Source of the DNA: Camelus ferus
Lineage: Eukaryota
Length of the DNA stretch: 64,000 bases
Assembly (NCBI RefSeq): GCF_009834535.1
Contig: NC_045715.1
Span: forward strand, 5,022,001-5,086,000
Reading direction: 5' to 3'
Shown here: in pieces, positions 31,901-44,510 of the stretch
Position numbering within the stretch: the first letter of the stretch is position 1
Layout: each line of letters opens with the position of its first letter
The notes under the pieces: generated by a model
Databases searched by the model: none
The model's input: the letters and a program-made list of their open reading frames with translations, nothing else
What the model was told of the DNA's origin: nothing
Translations under genes and position numbers: made by a program

Positions 31901-34900
31901 TTTTGTCACTAATGGATGTGTGACTTTCAGCAAGGTAATCTGTCACCTAAATTTCTTTGGGGATGATGATAATAGCACCTTTGTGAGGGCTGAATGACAC
32001 AATATGTGTAATGTGGTTAGAATAGTGTGTGACATTTAACTGGGATTCAAGAAATGTTAGATATTGTAACAGCCACTGTGTGTGTTTGATTATAGCGTTT
32101 TCTGAACGACTTGAAGTCTGGTTACTTACTGGGTTCTAGCTAGATCTGAAAGAATTCTGCATTCAGATTACCTAGGCAACATTGTGTGTGTTTCCTCTCT
32201 TAAGATTCTGGAAGGTTTCTCAGTATGCCCGAAGAGTCTGGACTGGAACTCAGTTAATAATTTCATTGTAGGCACTGATGATTTGTGTTTACGGATTTTA
32301 TTTTATTTTTTTGGACAGATAAGGACTCACAATTCCAGATAATTAAACAAGCTAGAGCTGCAGTTGGAAAAGATGGTGATTATTCTAATCAAAGTAAGTG
32401 GCATCATAGTTTGAGCTAATTAATTAAACTTTTTCTCCCATAGCACATGTTACTAATTTTCAAGAAAAAAACCTTGTGGAAACAGTGACATGGGAAAGAT
32501 TAAGTTTTACATTTGACATTAGACTGATATGCTTGGTGTCTGCTTCATGTGTTAGATATATTCTGCCCAAATACACCAGAGTCTCACAAGGACACTTTTA
32601 GCTCGGGGTTCATGCTTTAGAATTACCTACTAGGTGAGATTGCCTTGTAAATAATTTTTTAAAAATTGTGACTATTTAGTAAATATATCCCATTGAGTAG
32701 ACTGTCTGAGATTTCCTCTCTCTCCTGAGAATTAGCCCAATGTTAAGTGTAAGAATGTTGAACTGCAAAGTAAAAGGAAAGACAGGCGAAAAGAGACCAG
32801 TTTCTACCGCCGCACCTCGGAGTAAAGCATGTGTGCAGTTTCATGTAGAGTTTCCGAGGGTTTGTGGGTCCCTTCCTGCCCAGCTGTGGACCTGGGTTAA
32901 GAGTTTCTGCCTGGGATGGAGTTTAGCAGAGACTAGGTTAGAATTTTAAAGTTTGAGCTTTTAGGAAATTTAAAGAAAACTTAAATCCTCAAAATCCTAG
33001 AAGTAAAGGAGTAAATGGAGTTAGTAGATTTCTGAACCAGGTGTAACGTGCAGCCAGAGCGTGGCCGGCTCCTTTCACGAGGACTTCTCCGTTGTCTTCT
33101 CTGAGCCTTCTGCAGGCAGCCTTCTCTGGACTTCTGACCTTTTTTCTCCCTCACTCCTCTTTCTAGCTGAGTTACGTTCACCAGCCCATAGTTAGGGTTT
33201 CTTTTCTCGCTTGCTGATGTTCAGGGTTTTAACCCGTTGTGCTAAGCCAGTATCTGGGCTGGATTTCTCCCGCAGTTGCACTGGGACTTCAGAAGGAGGG
33301 AGTCTCCCACCCCTGGTGTACGTCACACTGGTCCCGTATAACAGCAGAAGCATGTGTCTTGTGTTTCCTGTCCTGAAGGTCCCACTTAGTGCGCTCGTGC
33401 TGAATTCCAGGTTTTACTCTTAGAGGGAGACGTTTAACTCTCATCTTACTTGATTCCTGGGCTGTGGCCAGTGAAGCCTTTATTGGTTCAGTTAATGAAC
33501 CAGTTTAAAAATCGAGATGTTGGTTGGTTAGTTGGTTGATTTTTGGAGGAGTTAAAGGACTTTATTTGACCTTAGCTAGTTAGATAGATTTACTGAATTT
33601 ATTTTGGAGTTGAAAGTGAACTTGGAGATCATCTAACCCATCATCTGGTTTTGACTGATAAGGAAACAAGCCCTGTCTGATAGAGGTGATGAAGTTCTGG
33701 TGTGTTCGTTCTAAAAGCCCTCAGTACTTTTGTATTTTAAAAGAGATTCTTTTTTTCCGAAGCTCTTTTATGTATTTCACTGCTCTTTCACAACAGACTT
33801 GCGATAGACGGGACAAGTGTTTCCCCTTTCATATTAGGTGACGAAATAGAGGTGCACAGAAGTGAATTAACACTTCTTTGCTATAATAGGAAAGCTGGGT
33901 TGAGAACCAAGTTTTGAATTTTACCGATTTAGACATTGAGTTTAGTTCTTTACAAAAGTGAAGAATTACTTTGAATAAATATTTCTTTCAATAGGTAATT
34001 AAGAGGAACTTTTATTTGGTTTTGAATTTTTGTAGTATCTTAAATTAAGATTTAATTGTTAAGAATAACTTTTTCTATGTTCTGTAACCCTCTTTTTAAA
34101 ACTTTTGTTCATCTTATGTAGAGTTCTGCAGTTTCTCAATAGAGATTATTTTTTGTGGCCCACTTAATATCTTAACACATTTAAAATTTTTTACTTCAGG
34201 ACAAAAATCTCTTTAATGTCTTATTGATGTTTACTTTAATGAGAGAATGAGTAACAATTTTACATTTTCCTGTTTAATTAGTATTTTGTTGGTTATGCTC
34301 TAAATTGTAAGGTTTTTTATGTTTTCATTTCATCAGTCATATCAGGTCTGAACTCAAGGTATAGAATTCTTAATCTGTTAATCTTTGTGAAAGCTTGAAC
34401 AACCATTAGGTCTGTTTACTTATTTATAGATACAGTTTGGTTAATTTTATAACCAGGATATTAATTTCAATCCCAAACAATCATTTTATCCTTTAGTGGT
34501 TTATCTTTTTCCTTCAATGTTAAAGATTCAAGTTGCTGTGCTTCGATTTCATGGCGTATGTCAGGGTTGTGGCCTTGATTTGAACATCACTGTACCCTGC
34601 TAAAGAATCCTGAAGAGACAGGATACGATGGTTCTAGACCTAATCTTTTACTACCACTTGTGAGACTTTTACAGATCATTTTACTTCTATGGGCCTGATT
34701 TTTTTAGTCTCTAATGTTAGGAAGTTGACTCTGTGTGAATTTTCTGTAAAATTCTGAATTTGTATCTTTAACACAAGTTAATATGAAGAATGAGAATTCA
34801 GATTATTAGAAAAGTAGATTAATGTTTCAGTTTGGGGCGATGAAAACGNNNNNNNNNNNNNNNNNNNNNNNNNNNNNNNNNNNNNNNNNNNNNNNNNNNN

Positions 34901-37900
34901 NNNNNNNNNNNNNNNNNNNNNNNNNNNNNNNNNNNNNNNNNNNNNNNNNNNNNNNNNNNNNNNNNNNNNNNNNNNNNNNNNNNNNNNNNNNNGTCGCAGA
35001 ATTAGTACAATTATAGCTCATTCAGATATACCTCTAAATGGTATAGAAACATTTGAACATTTACATTTTATGGAAATGTAAGGTTATTTAAGTGTGTTTA
35101 TCCTTTTTTTGTCAGAAATATCTGTTCTGAATGATTTGAATGCAGTTTNNNNNNNNNNNNNNNNNNNNNNNNNNNNNNNNNNNNNNNNNNNNNNNNNNNN
35201 NNNNNNNNNNNNNNNNNNNNNNNNNNNNNNNNNNNNNNNNNNNNNNNNNNNNNNNNNNNNNNNNNNNNNNNNNNNNNNNNNNNNNNNNGATTGCTAAACT
35301 ATCTTAATCACTGTCACAATATTTCAGTCTTGATTTGGAATTTTAGTTGAATTTCAAAGAATTTAAGTATCAATCTTCAGCATACAGAGATTTAAGATGA
35401 ATAAAGAAAACTCCAAATATTTTAAGGAGCAAATTGTACTTCTTTGTTTAAAAAGAATGTGGAGCTTGTTTATAATACATTAGTGTTTTCTAATCTTTAT
35501 ATTTTTCTCCCAGAATATGTAGCCTATATTCAAATGAATCTAGTTTATCAAAGCTAACTTATTTTTAGATTGCAAAATTAAACGTTTTAACATCTGACTG
35601 CGTAAGAGGGCTTTTCCTAGTGTCTACCAGAATTAGAGTAAGATTTGATTGAAAGGGAGGGAACCCTTCCGCACTAATTCAGAACCCCTCTGCTAGTACA
35701 GATGGTCGTGTCCGTAGCTGTTAAACCATGGGCTCAGATTCAGTGTAGCTCTCCTCTTAATTTGTAGACAAATGTAAAGCCATCTCTTTTTTTTTGTGTT
35801 CATAATATGCCCTTATTTGAATTTTTGTTTTGCCTATCTACCTAGGAAGTCAGTGGGGTCAGACTTTATCAAATATGAGTATCTGAGAGTAGCTACAGAT
35901 TTTACATTGTTCTGTGAACCTGAGTTAGTACTTCCAGGTAACCTAGCAAACACTGAAAGGATTCCTTTAGTAGCTCATGTTCTTTGTTTACATTAGTGAA
36001 TAATGAAGTCTAGAAAGAATTGTTTTAAATTGCTTTATTTACAGTTACAATAATTTTTTTATTTCTTTGAGAAAATTTGAATCTCAAAACAAAAATTTTC
36101 TTCAGTGTTTAATACATCATATCAAGGTATTGTATTTACTCTTTCTCATTAATGAGCAGATTTTAGAAAGTTTTGTGACTGTGGGGGGTGCTGTTAACTT
36201 TTTGCAGTTAATTTGGGGAAGCCAATATGCTTCCTCTTTGGAAAATTAAAACAGGTTTAGTCTCAGTCTGTTTTTCTCTGGTCTGAGGAAGTTTCAGATT
36301 TCTGCTACTTAATTATTTTTTGGTCCCTTGTGCTAAGTCATTGCACAAGTGAAATGCATTTTGAATATGGAGCATCTAGCTTGATGTCTCTCATAAATTT
36401 TTTTTAATATATTTTTCATGTTTCTATAGTTTATTTTCAAAGGGACTATAATGTATATTACCTATTGAAAGCATTTTTTCCCCCATCTTTTATGGGGAAA
36501 GCATATAAACAGAAAGAAAATACCTGCTTTTACAGGACGGGTAGCCTTTTAAAAGGTTTTCTTATGAGCAGATTGTCTTATGGTTATGACTGGCTGCCTT
36601 CGTGGGGTCTGTCTTACTGCGTATTGATGGAGAGAGTGGTGAACGTCTGCAGTACATCCTTTCTGTGGACAGAGCATTCAGGGTAGAGTCAGTGCTGACC
36701 ATTTATCACACAGGCTGATGTTCTGTATTTTTAGGGATTACTGTGAAGACAAATTGCTTGTATTAATGTTGCATTATTAAAGCGCATGTTTAAAGATAAG
36801 TACAGTAGATCTTAAATCCACAGTGCTTCATGTATTGTTTATTCTTGTGATTTTATTTTTACTTTAGGGATTTACTCTTCATCGCCTGTTGAAGTTCCTC
36901 TGAATCACAAACGGTTGGTTTGTGATCTGACCCAAGCTGATCGTCTTGCCCTCTATGATTTTGTAATCGAGGAGACAAAGAAAAAGCGCTCGGATTCCCA
37001 AATTATTGAAAATGACAGTGATCTCTTTGTAGACTTGGCTGCTAAAGTCAATCAAGGTTGGAGACAAATATCAGTTTCCTCTTTCTTAATTGTCCTCGTA
37101 TCCTTTGAGTGTTATTAAAGTGGTTTGTCAGGCCACTTGGAGTTGGAATAGGATGGTTTTGTATCATCTGCTATTCACACATATATTAAGATGTTTACTT
37201 AGTGCTTGAAATGCTGCTCTCTGATTTTTATATTAAGCATGCCTTCCTTCTGTAAGAATGTTACAGCTGCTCTGTTACTTTTTTTGTTGTTAATTGAAGT
37301 ATAGTCAATTACATGTCAGTTTCTGGTGCACAGCACAATGTCCCAGTCATGCATATACATAACGTATATTGGTTTTCATACTTTTTTCATTAAAGGTTAT
37401 TACAAGATACTGAACATAGTTCCCTGTGCTTACAGCAGAAACTTTTTTTTTAAATCTGTTTTTATATATAGTAGCCAACTTTTGTAAATCTCAGACTCCC
37501 AACCTAAGCACTCTTATGTTCAACTGATGGCTAGAGAAAAGGCATGATATAAAAAACTTAGTCCATTTACATAATGTAGAATTTCCAGAATATTTTTGAG
37601 TGCTACATTAAAACATGTTGAAATATCAGATGATTATGGTGTTCCTGCTAATTCATAAGAATTTAAAGCTTCTGAGGATGTAATGATTTTATTTTGTTTT
37701 TTTGGTTAGATAATAGTCGAAAAAGTCCAAAATCTTACCTTGAAATCCTGGCAGAAGTGAGAGATTATAAAAGAAGACGCCAGTCCTATAGAGCTAAGAA
37801 TGTTCACATAACCAAAAAATCATATACTGAGGTGAGTTTTACATAATCTTACAGAGCTTTGTTGAAAACAGAAATTTCCTTTAGATAGTTGTCGTCTGTC

Positions 37901-40900
37901 CTGTGGATTTCCACAGTTCCTTAGAGATTTTCTGAGAGTGGCCCCAAGGTAGCCACACCTGATTTATATCTGCTCCATCATTTTCAGACCCGCCCTTTAC
38001 CAGACAAAGGCTTTTCGGGGTACAGAGACTTTTTATAAAGAGGTTGTACAGTCTTAGGAAAGTACCACTTTTGAGAAGATGATACTACATCATGAGAGGA
38101 GACCTGGGCTTGAGTTTTGATTCTGCAGTTTATCATTGGCAGTTTGACTTGGGCAAGTTATGTGAGCTTTCTAAGATTTAATTTTTTTCATTTTATAATA
38201 ATACAGACTTTGCAGGGTTATTGTGAGAAGTAATTGAAATAATGCATGTGAACAAAGAAATTGTTCAATAAATAGTTACCTTTTTTGGGCAGAAATTTCA
38301 GTGTGCTTTTACATACTCTACTAAATATTTGGACTTAAGAAATGTCTTGGTATAAATTATGTATAATTTATAGTGTAAGATATATGTTATGTATATTATA
38401 AAATTTAATATCATTAGCTTCAATATCCATCTAGACTTATTTTCAGATGTCATTTAGTAGATAGAGTTGATGACTTTTTGGTACGAGTCACTTTGCTCCG
38501 ACTCTAGAAATAAGTTCCTCATTGAATCTCTAGTTACCACATTATTTCTTACTTTCCTTTATATTTCACAGACCTTCTGTAATCTGGCCTCATTTTACCA
38601 AGCGTTTTCTTTTGTTTTAGTTGGGCATGTCTCTTAAACTGTATCTGATCACAGATTATTTCTACCTCCGTGTCCTAATACGTGTCATTTTCTCATCTGA
38701 AATGCTTTTTGTTTTGCTCTTTTAAATCTTGTTTGCATGAGGTGCTGTTGGCTCTGAGCCGTCTGCTGACTGACTGCACTTGCACTCTGCACCGCAGGGC
38801 TCAGCGCTTAACTTTATGCTGTTTTTACAATTGTGACCTCCTTTGGTAGAGTCTGGGACCATGCCCTCACCTTCGTGGTCTTGCGGCCCCTCCATTGCTT
38901 GGTGGTGTTTCTTCTCTGGTCTCATAACCGCGTCGTCAGGTGTCATTGTTGCTGCTGGTGTTCTTTACAGTTTTATGGTCAGCTTTTTTTATGGTTAACT
39001 TTTTGTTGTAGAAATACTCAGATATACACTGAAGTGGATGGAATAGTGTAATGAACCCTTAGACACACATCTCCCACCCTCAACCATTATCAGCATAAGG
39101 CTTCCTGTTCTGTTTATGTCCCACTCGCTACCTGTCTCCTCCCCACCAGCACTTGGTAATTTTAAAAACAGATCCCAGATATCTTTCCTCTGTAAAACCT
39201 GTGTTTACAGATCTTTTAGTGATTAATCATATTTCTGGTCATGGCTTTTTTTTTTTAACATCTTACTCATTCCTTGCTTCATTCTTACATCATTTTTGTT
39301 TGCTCTGAACTGGAACCTGAACTGACAGATGTCAGCAAAGATTGAGCACAGACTGTAGCCGCTGTGCACACATAGCACACGGCTGTGGGGAAAGCAGAGA
39401 GAAATGGCACCCGGCCCCACCCTCAGGGAGCTTGTTTAACAGGTGAAACAGACCTTTCAAAATAGACTGTTGAATACCAAAATAAGGTGAGATCAAAGCA
39501 CGTGGGAGGGGGCAGTTCTGTTTGAAAGGTAAGATTGGTGTAGGCCTCACGGAGGAGACAGTGTTGGAGAGAAAGGGAGAAGCGGAGATGGGGCGAGGGC
39601 AGCACCGTGCACGGCTCTTCCCCCGCGGTGGACCTGTGCTGCGTGGGCCCTGGAGCCCGTGTCCAGTGGCACTGGGGCCTCACGGAGCTCAGGTAGAGCC
39701 TCTGGTGGGGGAGTCACGCGGGGCCGCCCCGGAGGGGCTGGAGCTGGAATCAGAATTCAGGCCCGTGTGGCTCTGCCACTCCCCAGGGGTGGGTCATGCA
39801 CATCGTGACCCTTTACCCCTGAGTGCTTAGTGTGCGTTTCCTAAGAAGGCGCCGTTTCCTCGCAGTCACGGTGGGAGCGCCACCGCCTTCCTTCAGGGCT
39901 TCCACCTGCCCTTCACGCCCGGCGTTGCCCGTTGCCTTTCCCACGTTCTCTAAGCTGCACGGGTCCCGCTGTCCATTATGTCACAGCTCTTAGTAAATAC
40001 TTGATTGACTGTTGTTAGCAGTGATTGTTTTCCTAGCTGTGTTTAGAGTCCTGATTTTTTGAACAGCTTTCTAATCTGAAATGCGGTCTTCTCTCCCCTA
40101 AGGTGATTCGGGATGTGATCAACGTGCACATGGAGGAACTCAGTAGCCACTGGCAGGAGGAGCAGGAGAAAGCGGAGGGTGGCCCGGAGAAGTACGTCGT
40201 CGCATCTGTCCTGAAAATAGTTCTCTTCTCAATCTGTGCCCTGTGATTGACTACATGTCAGCGCTTCCAAGTCTGTTTAGTAGCGCACTGTAATTCATCA
40301 GGACGCCTGTGGTTTCTTTATTTTACCAGAGCTGTAAAGCATATTATTAAGAGCTGTGTTTCTTATACGGAGTGTGAGGTTACCATACTCACTTAGATGC
40401 AGTCACTGGTCTGATGTGGAATAGCGGACTTCAGGCTGGTCTGCACTGGTGACCGGTGGTTAAAACTCACCCACGCGTGCTCTTCATGTTTCAGGAACGA
40501 AGACAGGCGGTCAGGCGTCGGTAGACTCCCGGCAGTCTGCGGGGAGCCATCAGGGTGCCGAGTGCTCCCGACACAGGAGGGACCGGAGCAGGAGCCCTCA
40601 TAAACGGAAGAGACATCAAGAGAAGGATAAAGGCTGGGGCTCAGGGAGAAGGAGAGAGAGGTAGGTCTAACACGGCATCATTCGGGGTCAAATTGTTTAC
40701 TTTTGAGAAGTAAGCACTTCCTTCTGTCGCAGATCGTGTTGAGAAAATGGATCGTAGGCTTAAAGTGGGGTAAATGATTGTTTCCGTTCGAATCTGCACA
40801 GCTCTGGTGACATAGCTCTCTATCCGCCTGATTGTTGCGGGTTTCGCTCTTTTATTACGTGTTTCCTAACCAGGACTTAACGAAAGTAACGTCTAAGTAG

Positions 40901-42702
40901 AAAGTTAACCGCATTAACAGAGTGTTTGCCTCGCTCTTTGCTGCTTCCTGCCTCCCTCTCTTGTTTTCTTGTTCCTTCTCTTTCTCCTTTTTTCTTTCTC
41001 GCTAATTCCTCAAAGGATGTTATCAAGTCAGAAGATCCCAGCTTTAGTGTCCGTCAGCTTCGCCCTTGTTAATATTCCTGATAGCATTTTGATGGCTGGA
41101 GAGAGATGAAGTAATACTGAAATAATGAATTTAGCTCAACCGCGGTCTGTCTTATACTCCAGCTGCTGCCTGGGCACCTGCCTAGATCTCAGGTGCATCA
41201 GGTGTGTACCTGAGCTCCCCCAGCACTCCCTGTCCTGGTTAAGGGATGTCCAGCACCTGCTCACAGAAGCTGAAAATCAGCGGTCACGTTAGATGCTCCT
41301 TTTTATTCCGCACTGTCTGGCCTTAATGTTGTCGTACCGTGTGCGCCGCCACCTCTCCGTCCTGAGTGCTGTCACCTGGAAGACGGTGGCCGTTTTCCTT
41401 GTCGTTCTGTCTCTAGGCTTGTTCCGTGTGGATCCATCCAATCCTACTACCAGAGTGAATTTTCACTTCTTAAGAGTCTTAGTGGTAAAGTTCACTCACA
41501 TTCTTTAGAATGGCTCTCAAGACCTCCAGGATCAGGGCACCCACCTGTCTACCTTGTGTTTCACCCTCTGCTCCATGAAACAAGTAACTTCTGCTCTAGC
41601 CCGCCTGCCCGCCCCAAATACAGACAGTTGCTCATCCACACTGCTCATCCGTGCCTTCCCACATCATGTTCTGCTGCCTGGTGTTTTTTAAGCCTGCTTG
41701 GTAAACTCCTCCTCACCCTTTAGACGCAGCTTAGTCATTTCCATTAAGCCTTTTTTTCACTCATTCAAACAGAGCTGATGTTTTCCCTCTGGTAGCCACT
41801 CTGCCTAGCACAAATTTTTTATTGACCTTAAATGATTACTCTCCCTGCCAGACTGGGCTCTTTGGAGGCAGGTCCATGTCTTATTTAGTATTATTTGCAC
41901 AGTGTGTATCTAATAATGAGCTCTTAAATGATATCTCTCCAGGACCAGTGGAGATCAGGAATTAGTAAGGTTTACCTGTCTAATAATTTTGCTCATCTTA
42001 GTATCATTCAGTTCATAGGTTTAAAGCTAGCTATGATTTAGTCTTTTTCTTACAAAAATGAAATATTTGATTAGTAATCCCTTTTATTCATTTAATGAAT
42101 GATATGTGATAATTATGCACAAATTAGCTCTTCATTAGCTATCAGAAATTGGGCTCTTTAACTTCTGGTTTGTTAGTAATTTTTGACATGTCTGATCAGT
42201 CCCTGATGACTTAAATACATTCAGTACCCTCAAAATCTAAGTGTGAATAATTTTCCTTTAGAGATGATAAACTGAGTTGTAGCAGGAAATACTCCTTAAT
42301 AGGATAATCTTTGCTGTCCACCCCTGAGATGGAATGAACTGTGGGGAGTTGAGACGGGAGCCAGGATGAGGAGATCAGACAGGGTCTGAATTCCTCCTGT
42401 GATATGTATGTTCTATTTGAAGTGAATTCTCAGGTCATCAACCACGTAGGTATATTCAGAGTTAGTTTTAAAGTGCAACTCCAAAGCGCAGTTTAGAAAT
42501 CCATTTTGCTTATCTCCATCTCGATTTTGTCCTGTAGTTTTAATGATACATTTTTTATATTTACTCTTAAAAAAAAAATCACTGTTCTAAATGTATGCTT
42601 TAACTTGTTCTGGTTTATATCTGATAAAACTGTTTTCATCCCTTTCATTTCAGGGAAGGGGAAAGACATCATAGTCATAAAAGAAGAAAGCAGAAAATAT
42701 AA
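28440..42702 (+). CDS. SNRNP48: U11/U12 snRNP 48 kDa protein, 9 exons, 339 aa after removing one extra base in exon 8. Join: 28440-28595,31105-31218,31469-31529,32319-32393,36868-37056,37710-37831,40103-40191,40495-40660,42654-42702
   Basis: MEGEPPPVEERRRL... start, CHHC zinc finger in exon 2, end ...HHSHKRRKQKI*. Matches recalled human SNRNP48, which neighbours DSP. Confidence 0.97.
29440..29660 (-). mobile_element. MIR
   Basis: ccttttacagttgaggaaagaaacccagagaagtgg...ggatttgaacccaggc. Confidence 0.6.
30255..30388 (-). mobile_element. vic-1-like SINE, SNRNP48 intron 1
   Basis: Diverged head with (attt)n tail. Confidence 0.8.
30520..30705 (-). mobile_element. MIR
   Basis: aatcttcacagtagctctgtgag...cccattttatagatgagtagactcaggc. 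Confidence 0.6.
31105..31218 (+). CDS. SNRNP48: SNRNP48 exon 2 (114 nt, CHHC zinc finger)
   Basis: tatag|GAT...GAG|gtacca; DEVVICPYDSNHHMPKSSLAKHMVSCRLRKLGYTKEEE. Confidence 0.95.
31469..31529 (+). CDS. SNRNP48: SNRNP48 exon 3 (61 nt)
   Basis: tttag|GAT...TTGA|gtaagt; DKMYNSDFFYENAKIPSITL. Confidence 0.93.
31850..32060 (+). mobile_element. MIR
   Basis: ggatgtgtgactttcagcaaggtaatc...aatagcacctttgtgagggctgaatga. Confidence 0.5.
32319..32393 (+). CDS. SNRNP48: SNRNP48 exon 4 (75 nt)
   Basis: gacag|AT...CAAA|gtaagt; (N)KDSQFQIIKQARAAVGKDGDYSNQ. Confidence 0.93.
36868..37056 (+). CDS. SNRNP48: SNRNP48 exon 5 (189 nt)
   Basis: tttag|GG...CAAG|gttgga; (R)IYSSSPVEVPLNHKRLVCDLTQADRL...AAKVNQ. Confidence 0.95.
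37275..37500 (-). mobile_element. L1 3'-end fragment
   Basis: aattgaagtatagtcaattaca... Confidence 0.75.
37710..37831 (+). CDS. SNRNP48: SNRNP48 exon 6 (122 nt)
   Basis: gttag|AT...GAG|gtgagt; (D)NSRKSPKSYLEILAEVRDYKRRRQSYRAKNVHITKKSYTE. Confidence 0.95.
40103..40191 (+). CDS. SNRNP48: SNRNP48 exon 7 (89 nt)
   Basis: ctaag|GTG...GAGAA|gtacgt; VIRDVINVHMEELSSHWQEEQEKAEGGPE. Confidence 0.94.
40495..40660 (+). CDS. SNRNP48: SNRNP48 exon 8 (166 nt as written; one +1 insertion at 40513-40514)
   Basis: ttcag|GAAC...GAGAG|gtaggt. The corrected frame reads NEDRRSASVDSRQSAGSHQGAECSRHRRDRSRSPHKRKR... Confidence 0.9.
42654..42702 (+). CDS. SNRNP48: SNRNP48 exon 9 coding (49 nt)
   Basis: ttcag|G GAA GGG GAA AGA...ATA TAA; EGERHHSHKRRKQKI*. 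Confidence 0.94.
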
Positions 42703-42824
42703 ATGGAGTGTTTGTGCATGTATTAATTATGCTTACACCATGGTAACCAATATGTTTTTTATCATAATTGCTTTGAGTAGAATGTGTTTATATGAACTGT
42801 TTAGTGCTCAGATAATTATTTTTC

Positions 42825-42830
42825 AATAAA
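42825..42830 (+). terminator. SNRNP48: Candidate proximal polyadenylation signal of SNRNP48
   Basis: AATAAA ~120 nt after the stop. Further AATAAA at 43612 and 44424 could be distal sites. Confidence 0.5.
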
Positions 42831-44059
42831 TACTTACGTCTCAAATCATGAGTACACAGTTATGTCCCAGAACTTTGTTTTCCTTACATTTTAGTAGATG
42901 ATTGCTCCCTATTACTGATTTTGTTTCATTCTTTTTGATAATTTATATATCAGAAAATTCTTTAACTAAAGTCAATACTTAAACTATATAAATAATACAT
43001 AAATGCATTCTCATTGTAAAAAATTAAACCTTACAGATAAGGCTAAAGTCCCCTTGGAACACTGTCTGTAATCCCTGTGGCCACCCCTGTGGTGACCACT
43101 ACTTCCCACTCCACTGGTGAATTGTAATAGGGGAGAAGCACCTGAATATCTGTCAGAAGGGGAAAGGCCTGGCTAAATAAACTAGTATAGTCATGTGATG
43201 GATTACTATGTAAACTTAAAGAAATACAGTTTATCTGTGTTAACATGGAGAGATCTCAGAAACATGAAGCTAAATGAAAATAGCAAGTTTCAGAAACACA
43301 TACAACTTACATCTAAGTGCAAAACAATACTGTACGTTTTCTGTGCCTCTATGTGTATGTAAATGCACTTTTAAAGGTTCAGAAGAACTTGTCCAAAACT
43401 CAAAACAGGGTTATTTGAGGGAGGAGGTATAGATGGGACAGAGAAACATGGAAACCAGGACTGGGGGGGTGGTCAAAGGAAACTAGCTTTATCTGTAATA
43501 CATTAATTTTTTAAAAATAACGTATTCATGTTTTCACTTGTGAATTAAAAATATACTATTGTTTTGTTTTTTGTAAGTCAACTTTATTGAGGTACTGTTT
43601 ACATACAGTAAAATAAATTCATTTTAAGTGTACATTTCATTGAATTTTGACAAACGTATTCCCCCTTCCTCATGTAGTGTGAGGAAGAAAGAAATCCTCG
43701 TTATGTTAAGCTCCTGTTAGTTCAGGAATAATTTGTTACCAAGGTTATCTTAACTATTTCGTGACTCTGTGTCCTTTTTTAGTGTAGCCCTAAGTACCTT
43801 TCGTGGGCTGGGCTCTTTAATGAATCCAGATGACTTTGAAATTTTTGGTGGAACATCTGAGCTGGTGTAAAAGAACAAAAAACTAAAACTCCTATGGCAT
43901 GCTTACATTAGAAATAAGGAGCCTACCTTAGTGAGGGTTCCATGTTGCTTTCTCACATACTGACTGAGTATTGGAGCTGCAAAGACCCTTTGAGATCATT
44001 CAGGTCAGTTAGTAGATACCACTGCTTGCGAATCTAAATCCATTCCTCACTCTTTCTTT

Positions 44060-44510
44060 CTTACTCAGGGATAGGGCCTCCTTGGGCTCAGGTGTGAATC
44101 CTCACTGGTCAGAGCTAATCATGTGACCTTATCCCTGTTGCCAGTGATTGGTTTAGAACTGGTCATGTGACACTATTCTGGCCAATGTTACATGAGAGGC
44201 AGTCTCCTAGGGGTTTCCTGGGAAAGGCTTTCCTTGCTTTGAAAAAGAGATTTCTTAGAAGAAAATCCACTTTGTCACCTCAGTACATGGCTGTGTGAAG
44301 TGTGAAGCTTGGCCCCGGCAGCCATTTGTGATGGTGAGTGGAATCAGCAGAAGACGACGGACCAACACACTGAAGACTGCAGGGTGGGGGGAGCCTTGGT
44401 TCCTGATGACTTTGTTGACACTGAATAAATCAACCCTGGGAGACCCCACACCTGGACTTCCTAACACGTGAGATAAAAATATCCTTATTGTTGAGTCACT
44501 GTTAGCCTGA
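44060..44510 (+). mobile_element. Old MaLR LTR (MLT1J/K-like)
   Basis: gtgattggtttagaactggtcatgtgac...ctggccaatg...gagccttggttcctgatgac...ctggacttcct. Confidence 0.55.

Noticed and set aside
1336-42702. DSP and SNRNP48 as unitary pseudogenes
   Set aside because: Every visible splice site, exon length and domain is intact and there are no other disabling changes. The four indels share one artefact-like signature, and DSP loss is embryonic lethal in mouse.
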